From positions 5,146,001-5,210,000 of the forward strand of contig OZ024748.1 of the NCBI GenBank assembly GCA_964016885.1: a DNA stretch of 64,000 nucleotides. Reading direction: 5' to 3'. Shown in pieces: positions 40,609 to 55,052 of this stretch; within the stretch, counting starts at the first letter, position 1, and each line of letters starts with the position of its first letter. Origin of the DNA: Eledone cirrhosa (taxonomy: Eukaryota). The position numbers were made by a program, and so were the translations under genes. A model generated the notes under the pieces. That model had not been told where the DNA came from. It saw only the letters and a list, made by a program, of their open reading frames with translations, and searched no databases.

Positions 40609-41054
40609 GGATCTATTTAATCGAATCGACTTTCCTCTTCTTCCAACATCGCTGGTCTTGTGGCTCAAATAGAAAATAAACATTAGTTCCAATCCCACTG
40701 AGGTCAACTTTGACTTTCATCATCCAAGGTCGATATGATAAAACAAGCCAGCACTCTCTCCACTAAAACTGCCGGCTTTATGACAAAGTACCATTAATGG
40801 GTGATAGATGGGAAATAAATTGTGGCGCATCATAGAATATGGCCTGAAATATCTTGTTTCACTCTTTTTCGACCTGGGTTCAAATCCTTTGGGTTTTACT
40901 GTAGTATTTCTTTTCCCTCATGGAGTCGATAAATTAAGTAGCAATAAACTCCCAAATAACCTTCTATAAAACACCCCCACACCCATTATAGACCCTTGAC
41001 TTTTGTGTCAAAATAAAGCAGCTATTAATTTCTTCACTGTTTTTCTTCTCAGCT

Positions 41055-41148
<94 letters not shown>

Positions 41149-41293
41149 GTGTATGTCTGTGTGTGTGTTTGTTTGTGTGTTTGTTAACATACAATATATA
41201 TTTATATATGTGATTGTGTGGTGTGTGTGTGTGTGTACGTATACCCTCATGATAACAATATGCATCTATGTATATTTGTGAATATATATACAA

Positions 41294-41375
<82 letters not shown>

Positions 41376-41516
41376 ATATAAATAGAATATTTACGTATCG
41401 AGAGAGAGAAGGAGGGAAAGGCGATAGGTTGTAGTTATTTGCCAATAGCGTATGCAGGGGGTGCTATATATATATATATATATGAATAGGGAGAGAAATA
41501 GAAAGACAGAGAGATA

Positions 41517-41593
<77 letters not shown>

Positions 41594-41978
41594 GATTTGT
41601 GTGTGTTTATTTTCTGATTGATCTCAATATTTGGAGTATTCCTCTATTAATCATTCTTTAAGTGATTGATTTTGGTTTTCCTTCACCCCACCATATGTTG
41701 CCGAAGGTCATACACCTCGATTTTCTTATGACACTTCCTCCCTTTTCCCTCCTCCTCCTCCTCCTACTACTACTACTACTACTCCCCTCCTCACCACCCC
41801 TCCCCCTCCTCACCGTCGCCATCTTTACCGTCACCTACACCATTTTCGTCACTATTATAATCACCATAATTTTCTTTCTTCTTCTTTTCTTTGTCTTCGT
41901 CTTCGTCGTCTTATCTTTCGTCTTTCTCTCTGCTACCCCCCCCCCTCTCCTCCCTTTTTATCATATCCACCATTTTTG

Positions 41979-42340
41979 TTACCAGCATCACAGTCCCCGC
42001 CGCCGTCATTATCAACACCACCGTCACCACCACCATCATTACCAGCATCACAGTCCCCGCCGCCGTCATTATCAACACCACCGTCACCACCACCATCATT
42101 ACCAGCATCACAGTCCCCGCCGCCGTCATTATCAACACCACCGTCACCACCACCATCATTACCAGCATCACAGTCCCCGCCGCCGTCATTATCAACACCA
42201 CCGTCACCACCACCATCATTACCAGCATCACAGTCCCCGCCGCCGTCATTATCAACACCACCGTCACCACCACCATCATTACCAGCATCACAGTCACCGC
42301 CGCCGTCATTATCAACACCACCGTCACCACCACCATCATT
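41979..42340. repeat. 6 x 60-bp near-perfect tandem repeat
   Basis: Identical 60-nt sequence lines, with a single variant in the last copy. Confidence 0.95.
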
Positions 42341-42753
42341 ATCAACACCATCATTAAACTTACCACCACAATTATCATCATCATCGCTAGGAAATGATAA
42401 GAAATATACCAGTCATGAACTGGTGTTTAAATAGATCAACCCTTACACTTTCTCTACACGCTATGAGGTAAGATTAGAGGGAACTTTAACCACTATTTCT
42501 TGTTTTTTACTGATCCATACCTGGTGACTGGGTGAGGTGGGGTTAGGATGTTGACAATACGGAAACACTAAATATAAAGCAACAAAAAAGAAATGCTAAA
42601 TGACCAGTGCGACCCCTACATAGATAGCCACGCCAAAATAGATGACCATTGAGACTTACTACACAGATAGCCACACCTAATAGACGACCAGTGTTAGTTA
42701 CTAACTATATAGGGGCGTTAGATGAAATGACTGATTGAGATAGATAGATAGCC

Positions 42754-42837
<84 letters not shown>

Positions 42838-43251
42838 AAAGTGAGAGAGAGGCTGTAATTGGTAATGGGAGCTTGAAAATTAAAATGGTGACTGACGAGA
42901 AGTGTAATATGATATTATTATGTAGATAAGTGTCCAGATGTTAATTAGGGTGGTCAAAATAATAAAGTTATGGTCAGTGTGACTGTGGGGCAAAGGAGTT
43001 TCAATTAGCAATCCCTTGGTTTCTAGTTCAATCCTTCTGCGTCGAACCTTCGGCAAGTACCTTCTATCATAATATTGAGGTGACCAATGCTATGAGAGCT
43101 GAATTTGGTAGACGGAATCTGCATGAAACCCAGTTGTGTATATATAAATATGTGTGCGTGCGTTTATAATATATTTCTACAAAAAATGGTTGATGAAATA
43201 TATTTGTTTAGAATATATATTACAGTTTTTATTATTCTCTACCCCGCTTAG

Positions 43252-43468
43252 GGAGGTGGATTGGCAGTATCGGTAGAGAGTTGGGCGCCATGCTTTGTAG
43301 CATAGAGTAACGGTCCTTTACGGTCTGAGTTCAAATCCCGCCGAGGTTAACTTTGCTTTTCATCCTTACGGGGTAGATAAAATAAAGTACCAATAACGTA
43401 CTGGGGTCGATTTTATCGACTTTCCCCTCCCCCAAAATTGCTGGCTTTTGCCTATATAAGAAACCATT
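43252..43468 (+). mobile_element. SINE family 1 (long variant)
   Basis: Carries the extra segment ctggggtcgattttatcgactttcccctcccccaaa. Confidence 0.85.
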
Positions 43469-43628
43469 CTTCTCCCCCTTTTCTTTACTCGATGTAAACC
43501 CAACTCTGTGTGGTTTTCATTTGTGTATCATCCCCAATGTCTTGGGGACTTGTGGCCAATAAACAAGTTATTATTTATTTGTATATACTGTTTGTTATTT
43601 ATTATTATTTCGTTTTTATGGTTATATA

Positions 43629-43848
43629 GGGCGGTGGATGGGTAGACTCGGTAGCGCGTCGGACAACATGCTTCGCATCATAGAGTTCTGACCCTTTTAC
43701 GTTCAGAGTTCAAATCCCACCGAGGATTGATTTGCCTTTCATCTTTTCGGGAGTCGATAAAATAAAGTATTAGTGACGCACTGTGGTCAATATATTTGAG
43801 TTTCCACTCCCACAAAATTGTTGACCTTGTGCCAAAATCTGAAACCTT
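43629..43848 (+). mobile_element. SINE family 1 (long variant, more diverged)
   Basis: Family match. Confidence 0.8.
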
Positions 43849-44631
43849 TATTTCGAAGTTAAATTTACTTTTATCTTTCCATGGCCGAAAACATAAAATA
43901 CCAGTAATGTGCTGAGGTCAACAAAATCCACAAAATTGCGCTCCATGTGGTGTCACGAATAATTGATACTATTTTCCCCAATCTCCATCGTGAACTGTTT
44001 CAGGAATGTCATGTATTTAAGTGGTGTTTCGAAAACTGTGATTTTATGGCTTTGTCTAATTAAATATTAATAAATCTAATGCGGTGTTATGTTGCTATAG
44101 GGATCTACAGTTGAAATATGAGATCAATAGTCATGGCAACTGATCCTGTCTCCACTAATCCACATACAAACACCAACACCAACACCTTGACAGAGAGAGA
44201 AAACTAGACGATGTTGAAATAGTTCGGATTTCGTTTTTGTCATGTAATGGTAATTGGCGAGTAATACACACACGCAAACATGTATGTATGTATGTATGTA
44301 TGTATGTATGTATGTATGTATGTATGTATGTATGTATGTATGTATGTATGTATGTATGTATGTATGCATGTATGTATATATGTATATACGTATATATGTA
44401 TGTATGTTTATGTAGGTAGTTTGGTATGTATGCCTTTATAAATATGTGTATGTACTTATGTATGCATCATCACATTGGATACACAAGCAGAAATATAAAT
44501 ATATATATATGTGTGTGTGTGTGGGGGGGGGGGTCTGCATGTATATGTATGTGTGTGTATGTATGTATCTATGAGTGTGTGTGTGTATATGTATGCGTGT
44601 GCATGTATATGTATGTATGTATAAATGTATA

Positions 44632-44668
<37 letters not shown>

Positions 44669-45017
44669 ACGTTTTGTACAAACATGGCGCAGTCGACGAG
44701 GAACTAAATAAAAACCTTGTAATTGAAATCTTTTAAAATTAAATCTCAATGGAAGTCTGGTGGTTGGATTTTGTCCCTAATTCCAAAATAAGGTTTGACA
44801 AACGGTGTGATGTATTGATTCTGCTTGAGAAATATATTAAGTGTATGTGGATTACTTAGCCACTTACCTCAATGAGAAGTTAGTGGAGTTGAACGAATAA
44901 CTGGAATACTCATCGTAGATATCGCCGAAGGATCCAATTTCTGTATTTCTGTTTAGCGGAATATAAGCTTGTGTATACATTCTGTCAATAATCTGATATA
45001 GTGATTGAACAAGTGAG

Positions 45018-45058
<41 letters not shown>

Positions 45059-45145
45059 GGTGTTGGATGATTAGAGCGTCCGTATGCGGTAGGCCGTATG
45101 AACACTCGATGCTCTCATAGAGCAGAGCATGATATCACAGAAAAA

Positions 45146-45237
45146 CGTATCTGAGGACCTTGCGATTTTCAGAATCAGGTTCGATCATCACCCCGATCGT
45201 GCCTCGAGCTGGTCGCCAGAGAAACGATTGTAATATG
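45146..45237 (+). ncRNA. type I hammerhead-like ribozyme (family C)
   Basis: cgtat-CTGAGGA-(63-nt stem II region)-GAAAC-gatt-GTA-atatg, with a 5-bp stem I including one G-U pair. Homologue at 6475-6564. Confidence 0.6.
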
Positions 45238-45281
45238 TCCAATAAATTCCATTCGTCGCGACACTAATTCTCTTTTTTTCT

Positions 45282-45355
<74 letters not shown>

Positions 45356-45423
45356 TCAATAATTATTGGTGTCTATATGATTGACAAAATCACATCAAGT
45401 CCTTACCGCGGAATTGACGGACT

Positions 45424-45463
<40 letters not shown>

Positions 45464-45680
45464 ATATATATATATAGGTTATTATGTAAGATGTGGTTAC
45501 TAGTGGCGACGGTGGTCGAAGCATTCGATTAAGAGTCGGGATCCAATCGATTGATCAAACCCCAGATGATTGATATCGAAACAATTATAATAAGCAATAA
45601 AGTTTCATAACAAGCTGCAAATCTGACTTCTTATTGACCAAAGCACTCTACCTTTCACAATATATATGTATATATATATA

Positions 45681-45760
45681 CCTGATGATTTCATACGAAT
45701 GAAACAGTCCTAGTACTGTAGAGTTCATTTCTACTGAGTACCTTTTTAAACAGTGGTTCA
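45681..45760 (+). ncRNA. family B hammerhead-like motif, intact core, 5' stem I strand mostly lost
   Basis: CTGATGA-tttcatacgaat-GAAACAG-tcctagta-CTGTA, followed by a ctgagtacc tail. Confidence 0.6.
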
Positions 45761-45978
45761 ACCCTGACAGAGAGACAGATGGAGATAAAGAGTGAGAGAG
45801 TGACTGAGAGAGAGGGAAGGAGAGAGAGAGAGATAATATGAAGAAAACTCAAGAGAAAAAATACATGAAAACGATGAAATTCTCATTAATTTGTAATATT
45901 AAACCTAACATTTAGTTAAGTATGTCAGCTGTTGGTTGTGAGTTTACAGAGTACTTCAGTTGAAGACAGCTGTTATAG

Positions 45979-46061
<83 letters not shown>

Positions 46062-46214
46062 CATATATATATATAAATATATATATACATACATATATCT
46101 ATATACATATATATACATACATATATATATATACATATATATATATATACATACATATACATATATATATATACATACATATACATATATATATACATAT
46201 ATATATGTATACAT

Positions 46215-46305
<91 letters not shown>

Positions 46306-46915
46306 TATATATACATACATATATCTACATATATATATATATATATACATACATACATATACATATACATATATATCTCTCTCTATATATATATGTCCAT
46401 ATCATACATACAAATTTATGCATGTCTATGTAAGTATGTACACATGTGTATATGTATATGTATATATATATATATATAAGAATATATGTATGTATGCATG
46501 TATGAATGTATGTACGCATGTATGTATGTATGGCTGCAGTACGATTTCGAGTAATGCCATCGCTTGATTCTTAAGTACGAGCATCATGGACTTGGCTTTT
46601 TAATTCTGCTAGGGACTTGACTATGGCAACTCTCCCCGTTGTTTACCTAGCTGCTAATTTTAGTGGTGTGGCAGACAACACATCTATGCTACTCCCGCTT
46701 CTACTAACGACCAGTTCACGTGTAGGTCACGTTTACGGTCCCATTCGATCCTGCCCTACCTGGCTGAAGGCAATATATTTGCCGGCTGTGGGGCTTTCTG
46801 AAGAGTCGAACCTTCTATTCGAAGTCCGTCGGATTTCCAATCTTTTCTGAAGCAATATGCAAATTATATTTTTTGAATCTATTTTGAAAGATTGTTTGAA
46901 TTTTACTTGTTCCGC

Positions 46916-47029
<114 letters not shown>

Positions 47030-47037
47030 GCACAAAC

Positions 47038-47074
<37 letters not shown>

Positions 47075-48092
47075 ATATATATATACACATACATATATGT
47101 ATGTATGTATATACCCACCCTGTATATATATATATATATATATATACAACATCCAGAGAAACAGCAGAAATAATCTTTAATTCAAATTACATTTTCACAT
47201 AGAACGAAGACGACACAACAACAACAACAACACAACAACAACAACACAACAACAACACAACAACAACAACAACAGCAATGCAATTGTTGTATGTGATGGA
47301 ATTTTTTTTTTTTTTTCAAAATATGTTCAGTTTAGCAGCAGCTGAATCTCAAACAGCACCTAATCTCCATCATCCCCACCACCGCCACCACCACCAACAC
47401 CAACAACAACAGCAACAAAAAACAACAAAATATATATAAATGAAGAAAAATAAAATAAAAAAAATAAATAAATATGGTGACCTTTATAAAAGAGAGGTCA
47501 TTAGATTTGGATCTCATGTCTGTCAGAGATTTTTTTCCAATATAGTTAGATAGTTCCACTGCTTCTTCGTATTATAATGGACTCCAGTTCCTGCTAACAG
47601 GTTTTCCAGCCAGACTTTCTGGCTACAGTCTTGACTCATGGCGGAAACTTTTGAGTTTTCAATTTATTTAGTTGTATCGTATGCTGGTTTGTTTTTCAAA
47701 GTAAACCTAGCCAAAAAATATCTAGTCTTCATTCGAACTATCATAAAATATTCGTATATACAATGAACAGAGAGAGAGTGGGGGACAGAGTGTGTGTGTG
47801 AGAGAGAGGGAAGGGCAGAGTGGAGAGAGGATGAGAGAGAGAGAGAAAGAAAGAGAGAGAGAACGGCAGGGTGGAGGGAGGATAGAAGAGAAAGAAAGAG
47901 TGTCATTTGCTAAAAGTAGCAGCTAAATGTTCCTCATATTACACAATACTATGGAGGACAGCAAGACGAAAGACGATTGGTAAAAGAAATGTATATGTCC
48001 ATATACGCCAAATATATATACTGTATATATAATAATAATATTTACACTCTACATCAGTATTGAATATATTTTCGAGTTATTTGCCATTATAT

Positions 48093-48129
<37 letters not shown>

Positions 48130-48130
<1 letters not shown>

Positions 48131-48290
48131 ACGAAGGAAATGTGGTAAGGAACCAGGTGGACCATAACGCACCAAAGTACTCAATACTTAGGGTAGTAGA
48201 GTGGGTAATAGGAACGAGTAGGACCCATTTAGTCCAGAATTAGCCGTCGAAACGGCTTGAGCTCAGCCGTCGGGGTCCTACTCGTTCCTA
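48130..48290. mobile_element. family A fold-back remnant (inverted tail plus hammerhead 3' half)
   Basis: Minus-strand tail at 48130-48226 is joined to plus-strand tagtccagaattagccgtcGAAACGGC..GCCGTCggggtcc. Confidence 0.75.
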
Positions 48291-48649
48291 TATATATATA
48301 TATATATATTTAAATGTGTGTATGTAAATATTTATATATGTGTACGTATGTGTGTGTACATATATATAGGACACACCCTCACCTAAATACATATATACAC
48401 ATATCTCTACATACGTACAAAGCTTAGATATGATTTGTGGTCTTTGCTAAGTTATTTCGCATCAAGGGACTCGGAAGTGTTTATCTTCTTCGCCTTATTT
48501 AATACCCTAAGCGTTTTGATTTCCTTCGCTAAAGACATTTATAGATGAGAACAGTGGTGATTATCTGTTACCATAGTGATAGAATCGTTTCTCTGATAAC
48601 ATGATTTTATATAGCCATCTATCACTAAATACATCGCTGCGTGTGTGTT

Positions 48650-48682
<33 letters not shown>

Positions 48683-48732
48683 TATATATCCTTATACCTA
48701 TATATATATATATATATAATTATACCTACACA

Positions 48733-48770
<38 letters not shown>

Positions 48771-48796
48771 TATAGATATGCATGTGTATATGTATG

Positions 48797-48827
<31 letters not shown>

Positions 48828-48830
48828 ATT

Positions 48831-48861
<31 letters not shown>

Positions 48862-49235
48862 GTGTGTGTGTGTATGTGTGTGTCTGTGTGTGTGCGTGTC
48901 TTTCTGTAATTATATATTGACCAACGCATCTAGCATACACACCAACATACATCATCCAATATGCACTTACTCATATATAGTTATATCACACACATTAAAT
49001 TACTACATGGAATACCGTTACACACCCTCACATGCACACACACATACACACACACACACACACACATACACACATATTTATACATATACATCTACACATA
49101 TCTAAATGCATGTATATATGTACACAGAAGCACGTATATAATGACACATCTTAATTCGTCTAATTGTGATTCTTATCCCTCAAATCTGCCTAGAAATTAA
49201 TTAAAAATTAGTCGTCCAACATGAATGAGAAATCG

Positions 49236-49335
49236 TGAAGGCGCGTGGCTTTGTGGTTAGGGTATTCGGTTCTCAATTGTAAGGACGTGAGTTCGATTCC
49301 CGGCGTCGTATTGTGTCCTTGAGCTAGACACTGTC
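49236..49335 (+). mobile_element. SINE family 2 head
   Basis: gtgaaggcgcgtggctttgtggttag...gagttcgattccc...tgtgtccttgagctagacac. Confidence 0.8.
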
Positions 49336-49400
49336 AAAAATGAGTTGTACCTGTAAGTTTGTCAAGAGGGGAAAACTGGTATATTATTTTATCGACCGAA

Positions 49401-49590
49401 AGGCGGTACATTGGCCGTATTGGTAGAGGGTCGGACGCCATGCTTCGACGCATAGAGTTATGGCCCTTGCCATTCTGAGTTCAAATCGCGCCGAGGTTAA
49501 CTTTGCCTTTGATCCTTTCGGCGTCGATAAAATAAAGTACCAGTAATACACTGGGTAATTGCTGGCCTTGAGCCAAAAGTAGAAACAATA
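49401..49590 (+). mobile_element. SINE family 1 with candidate 13-bp TSD tattttatcgacc
   Basis: Family match. The flanking repeat is at 49385-49397 and 49592-49604. Confidence 0.8.
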
Positions 49591-49614
49591 CTATTTTATC
49601 GACCCCGTAAGAAT

Positions 49615-49830
49615 GGTTTCTTATATTGTCACAAGGCCATCAATTTTGGGGGAGGGGACAGTCGATTAAATTGACCCCAGTGCGTGACTGTTACTTTATT
49701 TTATCGACCCCGCAAGAATGAAAGGCAAAGCTAACCTCGACGGGAATTGAACCCATAACGTAAAGGTTCGTAACTCTATGCCACGAAATATGGTATCCGA
49801 CGCTTTACTAACACTGCCAATCCACCGCCC
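49615..49830 (-). mobile_element. SINE family 1 (long variant), antisense
   Basis: Reverse complement of the family consensus. Confidence 0.8.
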
Positions 49831-51479
49831 TGTTTGATAATAGTAGTAGTAGTCGTAATGATTATATTTTAGAGTCCAACAAATCTTTAGAAAATATGTC
49901 ACTTACGGAAACATAAATCTTCTATTGATAGGAATTTAATAATAATTACATAGCAATCAAAATACTCTTAAAGCTATTAAACACACTAAACACACTAATT
50001 CTACTAAACTCACTTTTGATATGTGTGTATATGTGTTAAGCATTTGGCTCTTTTTTTAACTGTTTTTTCTTTATTTTTAATATGAATTTTCACTTTTTTC
50101 AAATTATTATTATGACTAGAAGGAAAGTGTTAAATATATCAAACTGAATTTTAGTCTTTAACTCAAGTGCCGTATCGTTTCTTTGGCGTCTAACAGCAAT
50201 CATTAGCACCGTTTCTGGTGTCTACACACACACACACACTCACATACACACACACACTTACACACACACATATATATATATATATATACACACATATATA
50301 CACACATATATATACAAAAATATATGTGTGTAAGCGTTTGACGTTGATAACACAAAAGATTTTTACATTCCAAATGCTGCGTTATAAATTTAAATGTAGT
50401 CCATAAAACATCTGAAGTCTTATAATAATTTTTCAAGTTACAAAGAGGTTGTATTAAACCAATATATTAAGTATAAAGACTTTACTGTTGAATGTAAGGG
50501 AACTTAATTATAATTTAAAAAATGCGTATTGTATGGCTCTATCATCATCACCAACTTTGTTTTCCCAACCTCAACAAAGTGTTTAAATACGTTTGAAATC
50601 AGAGGCAACGGAGCTAGATCTTCCTCGATTGGCGACCTTTTACGAGGGCAAAAAAAAAAGGCTTCCTTGCAAATATTTATATCAATGTGTGTCTGCGTGT
50701 GCGCATGTGCTTTCATATATGGTCATTTGGAATGTAAACATCTACAGTTATATCAACGTCAAACATTCTACTGTGGACTATAACTTTAGGACTACAAGTA
50801 TAGACGTGCAGCAGAACCTGGGTTAGTCGCAGACTGCACCAGGTTGCGGCTGAACGTTTCTAGAATGAGTAATTTGTTCCGTTTTCTTTCTTTTCTATGT
50901 GTGTCTGATCGGACTTCAAATCACGCTGAGGTCAACATTGGATTTCATATTTCGGTATCGATGAAGAAAATACCAAACGAATATAAGAGCAGAACAATAT
51001 ACCATGTTACTAACTCTCTCTTTCTTTCTCTCCCCTTCTCTGTATTGGCTATCGTCAACAAAATGGTGTCTTTAAAAACATGTGAAAGGAGGCCACGGAA
51101 ACCAACTCTGTATTCCCCCACAAAACGTCAGTGACAAGTTCGTAATAATTATGAGGACATTGCCAGGAGTCGTACATTGATATCATGGAGCAAGAAAAGG
51201 TGGAATGATTTAGTTGGTATTTCTAACATTTCAAGCGACAGTATAGAACAGGCATGAGATATGGCTCATCATCAGGGAGACCGCAAGCGCTAATTTACAT
51301 TCGTGCCTACATTTTAAAAAAGGTGGTAACTTGGATTGTTTTGATTTGTTTCTTCAGAATTCGTACACGCTGTTTTCCTCGATCGTAAAAATGGTAGAAA
51401 TCTAAATTACGACTGAAAATTTTGGGCAAAAAAAATCAGAAAGATTTAACTTCGGTAACTTAGGCGAGCCAATCAGAAA

Positions 51480-51509
51480 GCTTTGCGGGCCGCAGGTTGC
51501 CCATGACTG
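51480..51509. mobile_element. hAT/Charlie-type terminal inverted repeat end
   Basis: Reverse complement CAGTCATGGGCAACCTGCGGCCCGC, with gtatagag as the adjacent flank. The partner end was not found. Confidence 0.45.
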
Positions 51510-51933
51510 GTATAGAGACACTCAGTACCAAGACCTTTCTACAACTCTTTCTCGGATTCCCAAAGCTATATAGCCATCATTTTATAATTATTTTCCATTA
51601 ATAAGTATATCAAATAGGAGATCGACTTACAATACACAGTATTAATTAAATACACATAATTTTAAACATACATTAATATGTTAACGGAAGGTAAGTGAAT
51701 AAGAATATATTAAAGATGAAATAATTAATGTAACAACATTATATAAATTTATTATTTATGATATATCTATTAGTTCCGTTAACTACATATTAATATAATC
51801 ATTTATTTATTAACTTGAGTGTTTCTTTCCATAACACATAAAGGAGGAGAACATGTATTTTTTTTTTATCAACACAAATTATTCACAAACTCAGCTTCAA
51901 ATCACACATACAAACGCACACACAGAGAGTATG

Positions 51934-52010
<77 letters not shown>

Positions 52011-52128
52011 AATAAAAAGCGAGAGAAAGAATGGAAGAAAATGAGAGATCAAAGATATATATATCGTATATTTTTATTACACACACACACACACACACAT
52101 ATATATAGACACACGTACACACACACAC

Positions 52129-52166
<38 letters not shown>

Positions 52167-52722
52167 CCGCATATGTTTATGTGTGCCTGCGTTTAAATAT
52201 ACAAATGCATGTATATCTCTATTTAAAACATGAGACATGAGTATATGTATTAGTAAATCTATATAGGGAATACATCAAATAAACTGTTTAATTCCCTGTT
52301 AAATTATACCATAGTTTCAAAGCTATAAATATTCAATTAAGATACTGTTGTGCCAATCATACTGTTTCATACAATATATAGGCTAGACGTCTCTATACAT
52401 GGAGAGTATCATTAACTTCTGATGAACTACCAGCTGTTTCTCAAATAGTGTGTATACCCACAAGGCACGCATGCACAGCTCGAAGATTTTTGGTCACACG
52501 CATACACATTATATATATATATATATATATAAAATGAAGACCGGTCAAGTCTCAAATGCATAGACGGTTGTCCCCTCCCCCATGTTTCTGCTGCACACCA
52601 CCAAAGGGCGTTAGCCCCGCTGCTTGCATAGCTACCGCTTCCTAAATACCGTGTTTCTTTAGAAATACGAAATTTCTATACATATCAGTAGACAGTTTTG
52701 CTTGATGCTAAATCCTATTGCT

Positions 52723-52780
<58 letters not shown>

Positions 52781-52809
52781 GTATATATATATATATATAT
52801 ATATATACC

Positions 52810-52849
<40 letters not shown>

Positions 52850-52947
52850 AATGTGAAGACTAAAATCCAAAGAGGACTCGATAAGGGTGAACGCAGCGAT
52901 CCTTTGCTTAAACTTTATACTGTACTTATTATATATATATATATATA

Positions 52948-53092
52948 ATAAAGGAAGTGTGGTAAGGAACCAGGTGCACCATAACACACCAGAGTACTCG
53001 ATACTTTGGGGAGTAGAGTGGGTAATAGGAAAATAGTCAGGACCCCGACGACAGAGCTGAAGCCGTTTCGACGGCTATTTCTAGTCCAGAAA
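52948..53092 (-). mobile_element. family A remnant, minus strand
   Basis: Reverse complement of the hammerhead 3' half plus tail. Confidence 0.75.
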
Positions 53093-53112
53093 TGTTGTAT
53101 ATATATATATAT

Positions 53113-53194
<82 letters not shown>

Positions 53195-54153
53195 TAAGGT
53201 AGCACAGGCAATCAAAAACCCGGCTGACGCTGCCCTTTTACAACAAGATCTGGATGCCATATACAAATGGGCGGAAGAAAACAACATGCAGTTCAATGCT
53301 AGCAAATTCCAAGCCCTACAATACAAACCTGCAAACACAAATACAGTACAACACAATTATGCAGGAACGATATCCCCGTGTCACAATCAATACGAGACCT
53401 AGGTATAGACATGAGCGATGATACATCTTTTTTCTCACACATCATGGAAGTGGCGAGAATGTGCAGACGACTCGCTGGTGGGATCTTGAGGACTTTCCGG
53501 GCAAGCGACCGAGACACCATGTTGACACTATGGAGGACATTTGTCCTAAGCCGCCTGGACTATTGCTCCCAGTTGTGGTCACCCCATAGTGTCAAACTAA
53601 CCACGGAGCTTGAGGCAATCCAGCGAAGCTACACCAAGAGGATTACCACGATGAAGGAGATAAGCTACTGGGAGAGGCTAAAAGAACTGAACCTCTACTC
53701 CTTGGAACGAAGACGGGAGAGATACGCAGTGATCTACATGTGGAAAATCCTGGAGGGACTAGCACCAAACTTTGGCATTGGGAGCTGGACCAACCGTCGA
53801 ACAGGACGTCACTGTTTGGTGCCAAAGGTCCCGTCTTCCACATCTAAAATAAGGAGCAGATATTGCAATAGCCTGGGATAAGGGCCCTCAACTCTTCAAC
53901 AAGCTGCCGAGGGATCTGAGAGAAATGCATGGTGTGGAGGTGGATGTCTTCAAGAAACATCTCGTCACCTTGCTATCCAGGATCCCGGATGAGCCCACAG
54001 CAAGGCACAAAGGAAACCTAAGGGCAGCAGCAACAAACTCCCTCTTACTGCAGTGGCCATCCAATACAGGCTGGTGATAAAATGTGTAGCAAAAAGGGCG
54101 GTGCCCCAGCATGGCCTCAGTCGGATGGCTGGAACAGGTGAAAGAGTAAAAGA

Positions 54154-54155
<2 letters not shown>
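53195..54155 (+). mobile_element. CR1-like LINE, 5'-truncated RT C-terminal region and 3' UTR (pseudogenised)
   Basis: LQQDLDAIYKWAEENNMQFNASKF / IRDLGI / LSRLDYCSQLWSP / LEAIQRSYTK / YWERLKELNLYSLERRRER motifs. Frameshift near 53370 and stop at 53879-53881. Confidence 0.92.
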
Positions 54156-54224
<69 letters not shown>

Positions 54225-54804
54225 TAAATGTATGTGTGTATATGTGTATAACTGCCTTTGTGTATTACTATATTAATAATTGTATGTGTAAATTCGTGTG
54301 TATTTGTTCCTTTGTGTCTTCGAGTGCAGCAACAAGAACTCAACAACCTTTACTGTGTTACAGAAGTCTATACTGGAAATGACCTCAATGCACCGTCTCA
54401 GTCGCGTGTTCTAGAATTTCTATTCATTGACTATTGCCCTAGTGAAGGTCACGTTTGGAAAGGAATCTATCACACTGAATGTCTTTTACATATCCTTCGA
54501 CACACTCGTTGTCTTTGGTATTGGTTACATTGCAAGGTACTGACATATAAATGTGTATATGTAAGAACACACGCCCACACATACGTAGTGTATAATATAT
54601 ATATATATATTCACATATATGTGTGTGTATGTAAATATAGATAAGTAGCTCTTTACTAAAATATATATGTACGTATACATTTCTAAACGAACTCAATAAA
54701 TATAAATATATATACATACATACATACATTATATATAAATATAAATATATATACATATATAGATATATATACGTATGTACATTACATTTAAATATAAATA
54801 TATT

Positions 54805-54839
<35 letters not shown>

Positions 54840-54926
54840 ATATATGCTCTAGGGTTCTTATATATTTGATATATATTTATCCTTATCGAGCCCTGTTTGG
54901 ATTTTAGTCTTCACATTTATTATTAT

Positions 54927-55052
<126 letters not shown>

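Noticed and set aside
53378-53881. 167-aa ORF as a host gene
   Set aside because: It is a disrupted, 5'-truncated CR1-like reverse transcriptase fragment.
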